A stretch of 64,000 nt of DNA, from assembly GCA_038128225.1 (NCBI GenBank), contig JAYPJF010000001.1, positions 2,155 to 66,154 on the forward strand, given 5' to 3'. The stretch is from a bacterium (lineage in GTDB: Bacteria > Patescibacteriota > Minisyncoccia > Phycocordibacterales > UBA2100). Below the pieces are notes generated by a model. It ran no database searches, was not told the origin of the DNA, and was given only the letters and a program-made list of their open reading frames with translations. The position numbers were made by a program, and so were the translations under genes. Positions 55,851 to 64,000 of the stretch are shown in pieces; within the stretch, counting starts at the first letter, position 1, and the number at the start of each line of letters is the position of its first letter.

Positions 55851-57728
55851 ATGAAAAAACTCCTCACAACCCCATCGCTGCTTCTCGTCACACTCCTGGT
55901 GGTTGCGCCAGCTGCATCACTAAGAGCGGCAACGAATACACAAACGAGTCCTGCGACAACAAGCGCCACCCAAAGCGACAACGCTCGTGGGCGAGTGCGC
56001 GCAAATGTAGAATCAACACAGACACCCGAAACCGAACGCACAAAAATTCAGTGGCAAGGCGCAAAAAAAATTGCACCAAGCCTTAACACCACCCCAAAAC
56101 AAGTAGAACCGGGTGCACCCACAGTGCGCACTGCGGCCCTTTCGGGAAATCTAATTCCAAACCCTTCCGTAGAAGCAGCTGGATCTGGCGGGTTACCCGC
56201 ATCATGGAAGAAAGGAGGCTATGGTTCCAATACTCGCACGCTTACTTACCCGGTCACTGGCTCGTCGGGAAGTGGGATTCGCGTGCAGGTTTCAAATTAT
56301 CAAGCTGGTGACGCAAAATGGTATTTCACTCACATTCCCATTCACGCAGGCACAGCATATCGCTTTTCTGATCTCTACCAATCAAGCGTTCCGTCAATTG
56401 TCACCGCGCAATTTCAACTCGCGAATGGGTCCTATGTATACAAGGACATTGCCTCGCTCGCGCCGGCTGCGTCATTCGCACCAATGACAGTCGAATTTGT
56501 GGCGCCATCTAATGCGGTAGCGCTCACCATATTCCACCTCATTAAGAGCAACGGTACATTGACCACTGATGATTACGATCTCCGAGAAGTCACACAAGGA
56601 GGTGGCGCCAATTATGTCCCAAACGGCACGCTCGAAACAGGGAGCGCGACCCCTGACTCATGGAGGCAGGGTCGCTGGGGGCAGAACACAACCACTTTTT
56701 CCTATCCAGTAACCGGCTCGGGTGGCGGCAAGGCAGCACGCGTTACCCTCACCAACAAAGTTACCGGTGATGCAAAATGGTTTTTCAATCCGATAGCACT
56801 CTCCCCGGGCACATATACTTTCCAAGATGAATACACCGCAAGTATTTCATCACACGTTACCGTGCAGATACAACACACAAACGGTACGGTTACCTATCAA
56901 GATATCGCTCATCCACCTGCTTCTCCTTCGTGGTCGAGCGCTGTTGCAAGCTTTACCGTTCCGCAAACCGCGACGCTCGTTACCATCTTCCACCTCATTA
57001 ACCAAAATGGAACACTCACTATCGACAACATGTCGATTACAGGAGGGAGTGCGCGCCCAGGAATTTTTCAAACCGGTGCGGTAACGCTCCGTTTCGATGA
57101 TAACTGGGACTCACAATACACGCGCGGGTTCCCTAAATTGAATAGCCGAGGTCTTAAAGGCGTACTATACGTGGTCTCTCGGCAGATCGATGAGCTTGGG
57201 TTCCCAGGATATATGACACGCGCGCAAATTGAAGAAGTATACAATCAGGGGCACGAGATTGGTGCACACACTCGAACACACCGTGATCTCGCCTCACTTT
57301 CGTATACCGAGCAGCAAAATGAAGTGGCGGGTTCGAGACAAGATCTTCTTGGGTGGGATGTGGGTACTGTTGATTCCTTTGCATACCCTTTTGGTTCGTA
57401 CACCACGCAAACACTCCAGGTGGTGGCCGACGCAAATTTCGAAAGCGCCGCATCATCAAACGGCGGGCTCGTTACCCCAACTTCTGACCCCTATCAGCTC
57501 GAGCGCCGTGGCCTTGAAAACACAACCGCTTTCGAACAAGCGCGGCAATGGATCGACGAAGCGATCGCGAGTAAGAATTGGCTCATACTTACTATCCATG
57601 ACATACAACCTTCGTGCGCAGATCGCTATTGTGTCTCTATGGCCGTGTTCAACCAAATTGTTGATTACCTCGCCGACCAAAACACTCCTGTCGTGACGGT
57701 CAAACAGGCATTTGATTCGCTGGAGTAG
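55851..57728 (+). CDS. Secreted polysaccharide deacetylase (CE4) with two carbohydrate-binding-like repeats
   Basis: Two repeats (NLIPNP/NYVPNG..W..G..GDAKW.F..TIFHLI..G.L..D); LRFDD, HTRTH, AYPFG, LTIH. Confidence 0.88.
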   Translation: MKKLLTTPSLLLVTLLVVAPAASLRAATNTQTSPATTSATQSDNARGRVRANVESTQTPETERTKIQWQGAKKIAPSLNTTPKQVEPGAPTVRTAALSGNLIPNPSVEAAGSGGLPASWKKGGYGSNTRTLTYPVTGSSGSGIRVQVSNYQAGDAKWYFTHIPIHAGTAYRFSDLYQSSVPSIVTAQFQLANGSYVYKDIASLAPAASFAPMTVEFVAPSNAVALTIFHLIKSNGTLTTDDYDLREVTQGGGANYVPNGTLETGSATPDSWRQGRWGQNTTTFSYPVTGSGGGKAARVTLTNKVTGDAKWFFNPIALSPGTYTFQDEYTASISSHVTVQIQHTNGTVTYQDIAHPPASPSWSSAVASFTVPQTATLVTIFHLINQNGTLTIDNMSITGGSARPGIFQTGAVTLRFDDNWDSQYTRGFPKLNSRGLKGVLYVVSRQIDELGFPGYMTRAQIEEVYNQGHEIGAHTRTHRDLASLSYTEQQNEVAGSRQDLLGWDVGTVDSFAYPFGSYTTQTLQVVADANFESAASSNGGLVTPTSDPYQLERRGLENTTAFEQARQWIDEAIASKNWLILTIHDIQPSCADRYCVSMAVFNQIVDYLADQNTPVVTVKQAFDSLE

Positions 57729-57733
57729 AGAAA

Positions 57734-57886
57734 TTATTTTCTTAAAAAATCAGCGCGCAGCGAAAGTAGGCCGAGGGCGAGAAACAACGCTGCTTCAATC
57801 CAGTTATTTCTCTGAATCGCTTCAACAAGCGCAATACCAAAGAACAGAACAAAGACCGTTATGTTCGCGTATGAGATATTTTTCAT
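57734..57886 (-). CDS. 50-aa two-TM small protein (not in the ORF track)
   Basis: MKNISYANITVFVLFFGIALVEAIQRNNWIEAALFLALGLLSLRADFLRK; TAGAGT-N6-ATG. Confidence 0.72.
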   Translation of the reverse strand: MKNISYANITVFVLFFGIALVEAIQRNNWIEAALFLALGLLSLRADFLRK

Positions 57887-57890
57887 GTTC

Positions 57891-58157
57891 TTACTCTATC
57901 ATTTCAACGCTCCTCGGAATGATTAAAATTGCGATTTCCTGTGCCAATTGCTCGGGAGATTTATTGTTAGCATCTATGACGAAATCTGCATGCTTCATAT
58001 AAAGATTTTCTCGTTCCGAATATAAGTCCTCAAAGCTTTTACTCTTTAAACCGACAATACCACGAGTGCTCGCTTCAATTCGTGTTTTTAGGGCTTTAGG
58101 ATCGACTGCAAGATACAGGACGATTGAAATATCCTTGAGGGTTTTCATTGCCCAAAC
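57891..58157 (-). pseudogene. C-terminal half of a shikimate-kinase-like P-loop kinase
   Basis: VLYL..L..RI..RGIVG..LYSERENLYMKHADFVID; the P-loop half is absent and the frame runs into tRNA-Gln. Confidence 0.65.
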
Positions 58158-58231
58158 TGGCTGCCGGACTTGGATTCGAACCAAGATAAACAGATCCAGA
58201 GTCTGTTGTCCTACCATTAGACGATCCGGCA
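58158..58231 (-). tRNA. tRNA-Gln(CTG)
   Basis: TGCCGGA acceptor stem, loop CTCTGGA, GTTCGAAT T-loop, encoded CCA. Confidence 0.96.
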
Positions 58232-58278
58232 ATGGCGTGATTTTATCAAAAACCCGATGTATTTGCTACACTCCGGCC

Positions 58279-58947
58279 ATGGCTCGCTATCGGAGATACA
58301 AACGAGGACACAATGGAAATGACGTATTCTTGTTTCTTGCAGCACTGGTGGTTATTGGCGTTCTTGCGTATGTTTTCATAAGCAAAGCAGAGTCGATACT
58401 AATTGCGAGCACCGCTATTTCTTTTTTTGTAATTGCAGGGTTTTATATCGGACACCCGATTGTGAAATTTCTGAGTAAGAAAAGTTATGAGCATATACGT
58501 AAAGTTCGCAAAGACTGGAGAGAAATCAAGGAGATTGAAAAAACGAGGAGATTCTATACCGTACACCAACTAGTACAACTCGACCCGATTGTGTTCGAAC
58601 GGCATATGGCTCAAGTGTATCGTGCACTTGGATATACTGTTGAAATTACTCCACCGCAAAAAGACAAAGGCATCGACCTGATCCTTCACAAACACGGAAT
58701 TACTTGTGCGGTGCAAGTAAAACGCTACACGCGAAATAATGTAGGAGCTCCGGAGATACAGGCGTTCTATGGTGCGTACGCCCGCCGGTATGACAAGGGG
58801 CTATTTGTTACAACTTCTGACTTTACACAGGAAGCACGCCTGTATGCGAAAGAAAATGAAGTCATGCTTACTAATGGTACAGATTTAGGAGAACTTGAAA
58901 AAGAGGCTTTTGATAACAAATCTTCAACTAGTCGCATCCTTCATTAG
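58279..58947 (+). CDS. Mrr-like restriction endonuclease domain protein with N-terminal TMs
   Basis: FE..GY.V..T...D.GIDL..VQVKRY..VG..IQ..VTTSDFT.EA. Confidence 0.88.
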   Translation: MARYRRYKRGHNGNDVFLFLAALVVIGVLAYVFISKAESILIASTAISFFVIAGFYIGHPIVKFLSKKSYEHIRKVRKDWREIKEIEKTRRFYTVHQLVQLDPIVFERHMAQVYRALGYTVEITPPQKDKGIDLILHKHGITCAVQVKRYTRNNVGAPEIQAFYGAYARRYDKGLFVTTSDFTQEARLYAKENEVMLTNGTDLGELEKEAFDNKSSTSRILH

Positions 58948-59454
58948 CTCACTGAAGTGTTTTTGTATTTTTTCGACTTTGGGCGCCACCACGATCTGAC
59001 AATACGGTGCGTTTTTATTGTTCGCGTAATACTCTTGATGATACTCTTCGGCAGGATAAAAAGCTTCGAGTTTTTCGATGCGCGTTACCGCCTCCACCCC
59101 TTCTTTTGCGAATTCTGTCAAAGAGTTCTCCGCATCGCTTCGCTGCGCTTCAGTCGTGTACAAAATGAGTGAGCGGTATTGAGTTCCCACATCAGCACCT
59201 TGTTTGTTTAGCGTCGTCGGATCGTGCGAAGCAAAAAAGACCGCGAGCAGATCACGATAACTGATTATCGATGGATCAAATTCGACCTTAATGACTTCTG
59301 CATGCCCGGTGCGGCCGCTCGATACTTGTTCGTAATTTGGGTCTTCCTTTTCTCCTCCTGCATATCCCGAAACCACACTCGTTACTCCCTTAAGCATTCT
59401 AAACACCGCCTCAGTGCACCAGAAGCATCCGCCACCAAATACAGCAATTTCCAT
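58924..59454 (-). CDS. msrA: Peptide-methionine (S)-S-oxide reductase
   Basis: GGGCFWCTEA, GYAGG, GHAEV, GTQYRS, AEEYHQ. Confidence 0.97.
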   Translation of the reverse strand: MEIAVFGGGCFWCTEAVFRMLKGVTSVVSGYAGGEKEDPNYEQVSSGRTGHAEVIKVEFDPSIISYRDLLAVFFASHDPTTLNKQGADVGTQYRSLILYTTEAQRSDAENSLTEFAKEGVEAVTRIEKLEAFYPAEEYHQEYYANNKNAPYCQIVVAPKVEKIQKHFSELMKDATS

Positions 59455-59471
59455 ACATAGAGCGTAGCACG

Positions 59472-60422
59472 CTATTCAGACTTCAAACATGTACGCCGAT
59501 CTCGTCCGAGCGAGAACACATGCTCCCGCACTGCCACAACCCCCTGGGTATCGAATGTTACCGAAACACCAAGGCCTGTGCGCACCGCATCGTCCCAGTA
59601 CTGATCAAAAATAAAATTACCGAGCGAATAGTAAATTCGCGCCCCGTGGTACTCTTCCATTTCCTGAATAACGTGTGGGTGCGAGCCGATCACGATCACC
59701 GCGCCTGCATCTACAAATGAGCGTGCGAGCTCCCTCACACGCTGAGGCGGTGGCACATATTCGTCTCCCCAATGGGCATACACGATAGGCACGCGCCCGG
59801 ATTCTTTTTCTACACGCACTTGTGCCACCGTGTGGTCAGTCTTGTCGCTCGTCCAGTCACTCCAGTTTATAAAAGAGAGCGGCGTGTCGTTAATCGTCAT
59901 CCGCGCAACTCGATCACTTTCTTGGGCGTCAGGATCACCAAAGTGGCGCACTCGAGCACTCTCGAGCCACTGCTTCGTCTGCACAAGACCATCTCTTCCG
60001 AAATTCATGATGTGATTGTTGCCAATCGAGACAAGCGAAACATTGTTTCGTTTGAGTAAGGCAGCGGTCGATGTCGGAAATGTGAAAGTGTAGTTTTCAG
60101 GCGAACCGACAACACTCCCAACGCTTTTTGATGCGTACGACGTAATAGGGCCTTCCAAATTCCCGACCACCAAATCTACCGTGCCGAAAAGATCACGGAT
60201 GCAGGAAAAAATATACTCTTCTCCTTTTTCTTCGATTGTTGTGCGGATACTTCGGTCAAACATCATGTCACCCACAAACAGTACCGCCGCTTCTTTTTTG
60301 GAGACCTGTGCAGGAGCGGCGAAAAAAATAAAATCATCAAGTATCACAGGCGGGAAAAGAGCAGACACGACAAGCACGAACGCAAAGAAAAAAACTAACG
60401 TTCCACTAGTGCGGTTATTCAT
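59472..60422 (-). CDS. CapA family metallophosphoesterase
   Basis: VGDMM, NLEGP, GNNH, HWG.EY, GSHPHV, YSLGNFIFDQ. Confidence 0.92.
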   Translation of the reverse strand: MNNRTSGTLVFFFAFVLVVSALFPPVILDDFIFFAAPAQVSKKEAAVLFVGDMMFDRSIRTTIEEKGEEYIFSCIRDLFGTVDLVVGNLEGPITSYASKSVGSVVGSPENYTFTFPTSTAALLKRNNVSLVSIGNNHIMNFGRDGLVQTKQWLESARVRHFGDPDAQESDRVARMTINDTPLSFINWSDWTSDKTDHTVAQVRVEKESGRVPIVYAHWGDEYVPPPQRVRELARSFVDAGAVIVIGSHPHVIQEMEEYHGARIYYSLGNFIFDQYWDDAVRTGLGVSVTFDTQGVVAVREHVFSLGRDRRTCLKSE

Positions 60423-60933
60423 CCTCTTTCAGTGCCTCTTTAATGCCGACGAGTCCTTGTTTGTTTTTAACCGCGAGAAAGAGCCGCCGAGCAGTATCAA
60501 GAATCACGGGCAACTCGAGGTAATCAATAAGTATCGCAACCCACGCAAGCCATGCCGGCAATACGGTTTCGTGCGTGTGTGCGCCGGTGAAAGTGTCCAC
60601 CACAAATTCATCGGTAATCCAAAACATGTGAAGCCACTGCGAGTGTAGAAGTGCGAGCATGACAACTGCGTGCCATTTCTCTCCCCTACGCCACGCGTCG
60701 ATATACACGAGAGATATGGTGAGAATCGCTGGAATCTCTGTGTAATCAATGAGAATAATGATGATTTGCCAAATTCCTTGGAGATCAAAAATTCCTTCGC
60801 CTAAAAGCCTTGTGGCAATTACATCGCCCCCGAGCCAGGTAAGATGTCCGAGTTGCAAAAGAAAAAGCCCGAGCGCAACCGAGACATTGAGCACATAGTT
60901 TCGTTCATACCATTTCCAAAACCCAGAAAGCAT
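60415..60933 (-). CDS. Four-TM hypothetical protein with an internal repeat
   Basis: QxxHxxW and IDYxExP each occur twice. Confidence 0.78.
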   Translation of the reverse strand: MLSGFWKWYERNYVLNVSVALGLFLLQLGHLTWLGGDVIATRLLGEGIFDLQGIWQIIIILIDYTEIPAILTISLVYIDAWRRGEKWHAVVMLALLHSQWLHMFWITDEFVVDTFTGAHTHETVLPAWLAWVAILIDYLELPVILDTARRLFLAVKNKQGLVGIKEALKEDE

Positions 60934-60990
60934 AGCCAGATACTAGCACACCTCAACGTCGATATATCGAAGCCAAAAAATTGCGTTTTG

Positions 60991-62646
60991 TTAACGTCTG
61001 TCTCTACCCTTATCGATACACGCTTTTATATACGCGGTAAAGAGTGGGTGCGGCGCAAGTGGACGCGCCTTAAGTTCTGGGTGGAATTGCGTCCCCAGCA
61101 TAAATGGGTGCTTGGTTTTTGAAAGTTCCGCAATTTCCATGAGTCGTTTGTCAGGAGAAATGCCTGAAAAAACCACTCCTCCTTTTTCAAGCACTTCAAT
61201 GTACTCAGGATTTACTTCGTATCGATGACGATGTCGCTCGCTTACCATCTCTGCTTTATACGCAGCGCGTGCGATCGTGCTTTGTTTCAAGTAACACGGG
61301 TACGCGCCCAGGCGCATCGTCCCTCCATAATGTTTGTGAGCAATTTTGTCTTTTTGGTCAGGCATGACATCGATAACCGGCGTTGCTGTTTTCGGATTGA
61401 TCTCAACCGTATGGGCGTCCTTCATTTTGAGCACGTTTCGCGCATATTCAACAAGCATAAGCTGCATGCCGTAGCAGAGGCCAAAATACGGGATGCGCTT
61501 TTCTCGCGCATATTTAATTGCCTGGATTTTTCCCTCAATACCAGTTTCCCCAAATCCACCTGGCACCAAGAGACCGTCGAATCGCCCGAGCTCTTCAAGA
61601 TTTTTTCCATCCTGATATCGTTTGGCGTTGAGCCACTCAAGTTCCGGTTTTACATTTAAATGATAGGCGGAATATTTTAGTGCTTCAATGACAGAAAGAT
61701 ACGCATCTGAAAGAACGAAATCCCCCGTATCAAAATATTTCCCCACAATGCCAATGCGCACCTTTTTTTGTCCATTATGTGCCTTTGCAGCAAATTTTCT
61801 CCATGCAGCAAGGTCACTTTTTTGTTTTGGCTTGAGTCCTAAGCGCTTTAACAACACCCCCGAAAGATCGTCTTTCTCAAAATTAATCGGCACATCATAG
61901 ACACTTGAAACATCGGGAGCAGAAATAACATGTTCAGGACGTACTGAACACCAGATCGCAAGTTTCTCCTTTCGTTTCGTATCAAGAGGCACTTCGCTGC
62001 GAGCAACAATAAATTCAGCCTGCACACCGTATGAGTTAAGTTGTCGAATCGCGTTTTGCGTCGGTCGCGTTTTCATCTCTCCAACGCTTTTAGGTACAGG
62101 TAAGTAGGAAACAATGACAAACGTGACGTCCTGCGGCGCACGCATCTGCATAACGCGCGCCGCCTCAATGAAGAGCGCATTTTGAAAATCGCCGATGGTG
62201 CCACCGATTTCAATCACCGACACATCGGATTTAGCAGCGTGCGCCGCGCGTTCGAAACGTCCAATGATTTCATCTCGAACATGCGGAATCGCTTCAACAA
62301 ATTTTCCACCATACCCAAGGTTTCGTTCACGCTCGATTACGGTCTTATACACCATGCCGCTCGTCATATAATCTTCCGGTGGCAAATCGCGTCCAAGAAA
62401 GCGCTCGTAATTCCCCATGTCCTGATCTGTTTCGAGTCCAGAGTCGAGCACGAACACTTCCCCGTGTTCGGTGGGATTCATAGTGCCCGCATCAACGTTA
62501 AGGTATGGGTCCACTTTCACAAGATTCACCGAAAAACCCCGAGCCTGGAGTATCTGCCCCATAGATGCTGAGGCAATACCTTTTCCAACGCCAGACATGA
62601 CGCCACCGACAACGAAAATATATTTGTGCGCACGCTTTGTAGTCAT
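60991..62646 (-). CDS. pyrG: CTP synthase
   Basis: GGVMSGVGKG, DPYLNVDAGTM, GLCYGMQ, ERHRHRYE, QFHPE. Confidence 0.98.
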   Translation of the reverse strand: MTTKRAHKYIFVVGGVMSGVGKGIASASMGQILQARGFSVNLVKVDPYLNVDAGTMNPTEHGEVFVLDSGLETDQDMGNYERFLGRDLPPEDYMTSGMVYKTVIERERNLGYGGKFVEAIPHVRDEIIGRFERAAHAAKSDVSVIEIGGTIGDFQNALFIEAARVMQMRAPQDVTFVIVSYLPVPKSVGEMKTRPTQNAIRQLNSYGVQAEFIVARSEVPLDTKRKEKLAIWCSVRPEHVISAPDVSSVYDVPINFEKDDLSGVLLKRLGLKPKQKSDLAAWRKFAAKAHNGQKKVRIGIVGKYFDTGDFVLSDAYLSVIEALKYSAYHLNVKPELEWLNAKRYQDGKNLEELGRFDGLLVPGGFGETGIEGKIQAIKYAREKRIPYFGLCYGMQLMLVEYARNVLKMKDAHTVEINPKTATPVIDVMPDQKDKIAHKHYGGTMRLGAYPCYLKQSTIARAAYKAEMVSERHRHRYEVNPEYIEVLEKGGVVFSGISPDKRLMEIAELSKTKHPFMLGTQFHPELKARPLAPHPLFTAYIKACIDKGRDRR

Positions 62647-62653
62647 GTTTACC

Positions 62654-63586
62654 TCATTTTTTCAAATATCGTCGCACTGCTAAATAGCTCGAGAAAGCAC
62701 CCAGGAGGGCCCCAGTACCCATAATCAAGAAGAACAAGTGCGGGAAATTGCTCGTAAAGTATTCATAGGTATTGAACACGCCAAAAAACTTTTCTGAAGA
62801 TGCAGAAAGATAGAGTGAGATCGGATAGAGCGCCACGAGCACAATGACTGCTGAAACGATTCCATAAAGGATACCCGCGATAACAAAAGGTCCTCGCACA
62901 TACCAGTGCGCAGCGCCAACAAGCCTCATGATATTGATTTCTTCTTTTGACGTGTAGATCGCAAGCCGGATCGTATTAAACGCGATCAAAATAGATGCGA
63001 TGACAAAAAAACCCGCAACAAAAAAACCGAACGTACGCGAGGTGTCGATGATACTCCCCAGACGTTCGATAGTGGTCTTATTTTGATAGTAGTTCACTTT
63101 TTCGATAATGTGTTCTTCCCCAGAATTTCCCGCAGCGGGCAAACTTTCTATGAATCGCGCAATCGACTCGTACTGATTGGTGTCTTTTGCTTGAATGGCA
63201 AGCGAGGCTCCCAGTGGATTCTCTTCAAGTTCATCAAGGGCCTGCAGAGTTAGCTGGTCATTTTTATGCCGCTCGCGAAAACGCTCGAGCGCCACTTCAC
63301 GTGACGTGTACTCGATAGAGGCAACTTCAGGCAGACTCTCTATAGTACGTTTAACGCCAAGCACCTCTTCTTCTGTTGCTGTGGTGAGGAAATACACGTT
63401 CACATCAACTTTTTGCGTAAGTTGTTCAAGCGTCGACGACAGCGCGGCTCCTGCAATCGTCATACAGGCGATGACGAAAAGTGTGATCGTCATAATGAAA
63501 ATTGCAGAAAGCGAAACGAAGCCATTTCGGAAAAATCCGATCAGCCCGTATCGGCCAACACGCTTCAAATTGGTCCATCCTCCCAT
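62654..63586 (-). CDS. ftsX: Cell division permease FtsX
   Basis: FFRNG..S, NPLGAS, FNTIRLAIY..EINIMRLVGA..VRGPF. Confidence 0.94.
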   Translation of the reverse strand: MGGWTNLKRVGRYGLIGFFRNGFVSLSAIFIMTITLFVIACMTIAGAALSSTLEQLTQKVDVNVYFLTTATEEEVLGVKRTIESLPEVASIEYTSREVALERFRERHKNDQLTLQALDELEENPLGASLAIQAKDTNQYESIARFIESLPAAGNSGEEHIIEKVNYYQNKTTIERLGSIIDTSRTFGFFVAGFFVIASILIAFNTIRLAIYTSKEEINIMRLVGAAHWYVRGPFVIAGILYGIVSAVIVLVALYPISLYLSASSEKFFGVFNTYEYFTSNFPHLFFLIMGTGALLGAFSSYLAVRRYLKK

Positions 63587-63588
63587 AC

Positions 63589-64000
63589 TTACAAAGTATA
63601 GTGCCCCGTTGGGTCATCGCGCACTATTTTTCCCCGATCCATAGTGACAACACGTTTCCCAACTGAGTCAACAACATTCCTGTTATGAGTCGTGAGAAGC
63701 ACCGTGGTGCCCAAATCGTTGATTTTCTTCAAAATTTGCACCACTTCATAAGTGTTGATCGGATCAAGGTTTCCTGTCGGTTCATCAGCAATAAGGACAT
63801 CGGGTTGGTTGACAATCGCACGCGCAATTGCGACACGCTGCTGCTCGCCACCGGAAAGCTCTTTAGGGAAACTCCACATTTTCTCGCCCAAATCGACAAG
63901 GTCGAGAACGTACGGCACATCGGCAGCAATGTCTCCATCGGAGCGTCCGGCAGCTTCCATCGCAAACGCGATATTTTCGTACACATTTTTTGTCGGAAGA
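63589..64000 (-). CDS. ftsE: Cell division ATP-binding protein FtsE (partial; 5' end outside the window)
   Basis: [26 protein letters not shown]; directly upstream of ftsX. Confidence 0.93.
   Translation of the reverse strand, partial: LPTKNVYENIAFAMEAAGRSDGDIAADVPYVLDLVDLGEKMWSFPKELSGGEQQRVAIARAIVNQPDVLIADEPTGNLDPINTYEVVQILKKINDLGTTVLLTTHNRNVVDSVGKRVVTMDRGKIVRDDPTGHYTL

Noticed and set aside
57891-58232. ORF-track proteins running through tRNA genes (also 4784-5053, 4927-5307, 5412-5798, 5550-5897, 58066-58947)
   Set aside because: The extensions are translations of tRNA or repeat sequence; true starts lie outside them.
1-64000. Alternative genetic code (TGA=Gly) or selenoproteins
   Set aside because: Conserved genes are full length in code 11 and several end at TGA at expected positions (prs, ftsX, nth).

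Overview
Bacterial chromosomal window read in standard code 11 (TGA is used as a stop). The gene set and streamlined layout (C-terminally short ValRS, TsaD with an insertion, class II RNR, many small orphan membrane or secreted proteins) fit Patescibacteria/CPR, probably Parcubacteria; this is inference. It carries housekeeping genes (tsaD, valS, lepA, murJ, nrdJ, prs, htpX, lemA, groES/EL, secG, rnj, glmS, mutY, nth, dinB, typA, a DEAD helicase, msrA/B, pyrG, ftsX/E), five tRNAs (Phe, Arg, Gly, Ser, Gln) and RNase P RNA. No integrase, transposase, CRISPR array or prophage was seen. Main observations: (1) about two dozen genes have TAnnnT exactly 6 nt before the start codon, a leaderless signature, while about ten stand-alone genes instead have leaders with strong Shine-Dalgarno sites, often with their own promoter and terminator; (2) a ~380-bp one-gene cassette beside tRNA-Ser has GGTCTAA/TTAGACC inverted ends and an 8-bp direct repeat; (3) several RNA genes have duplications or scars at their 3' ends, including a tRNA-Gly trailer that can pair with either the tRNA or its downstream copy; (4) both HhH glycosylases lack an intact Fe-S motif; (5) an AAC(6')-I-like acetyltransferase is present. 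Product calls rest on motif recognition by eye, with no database searches.
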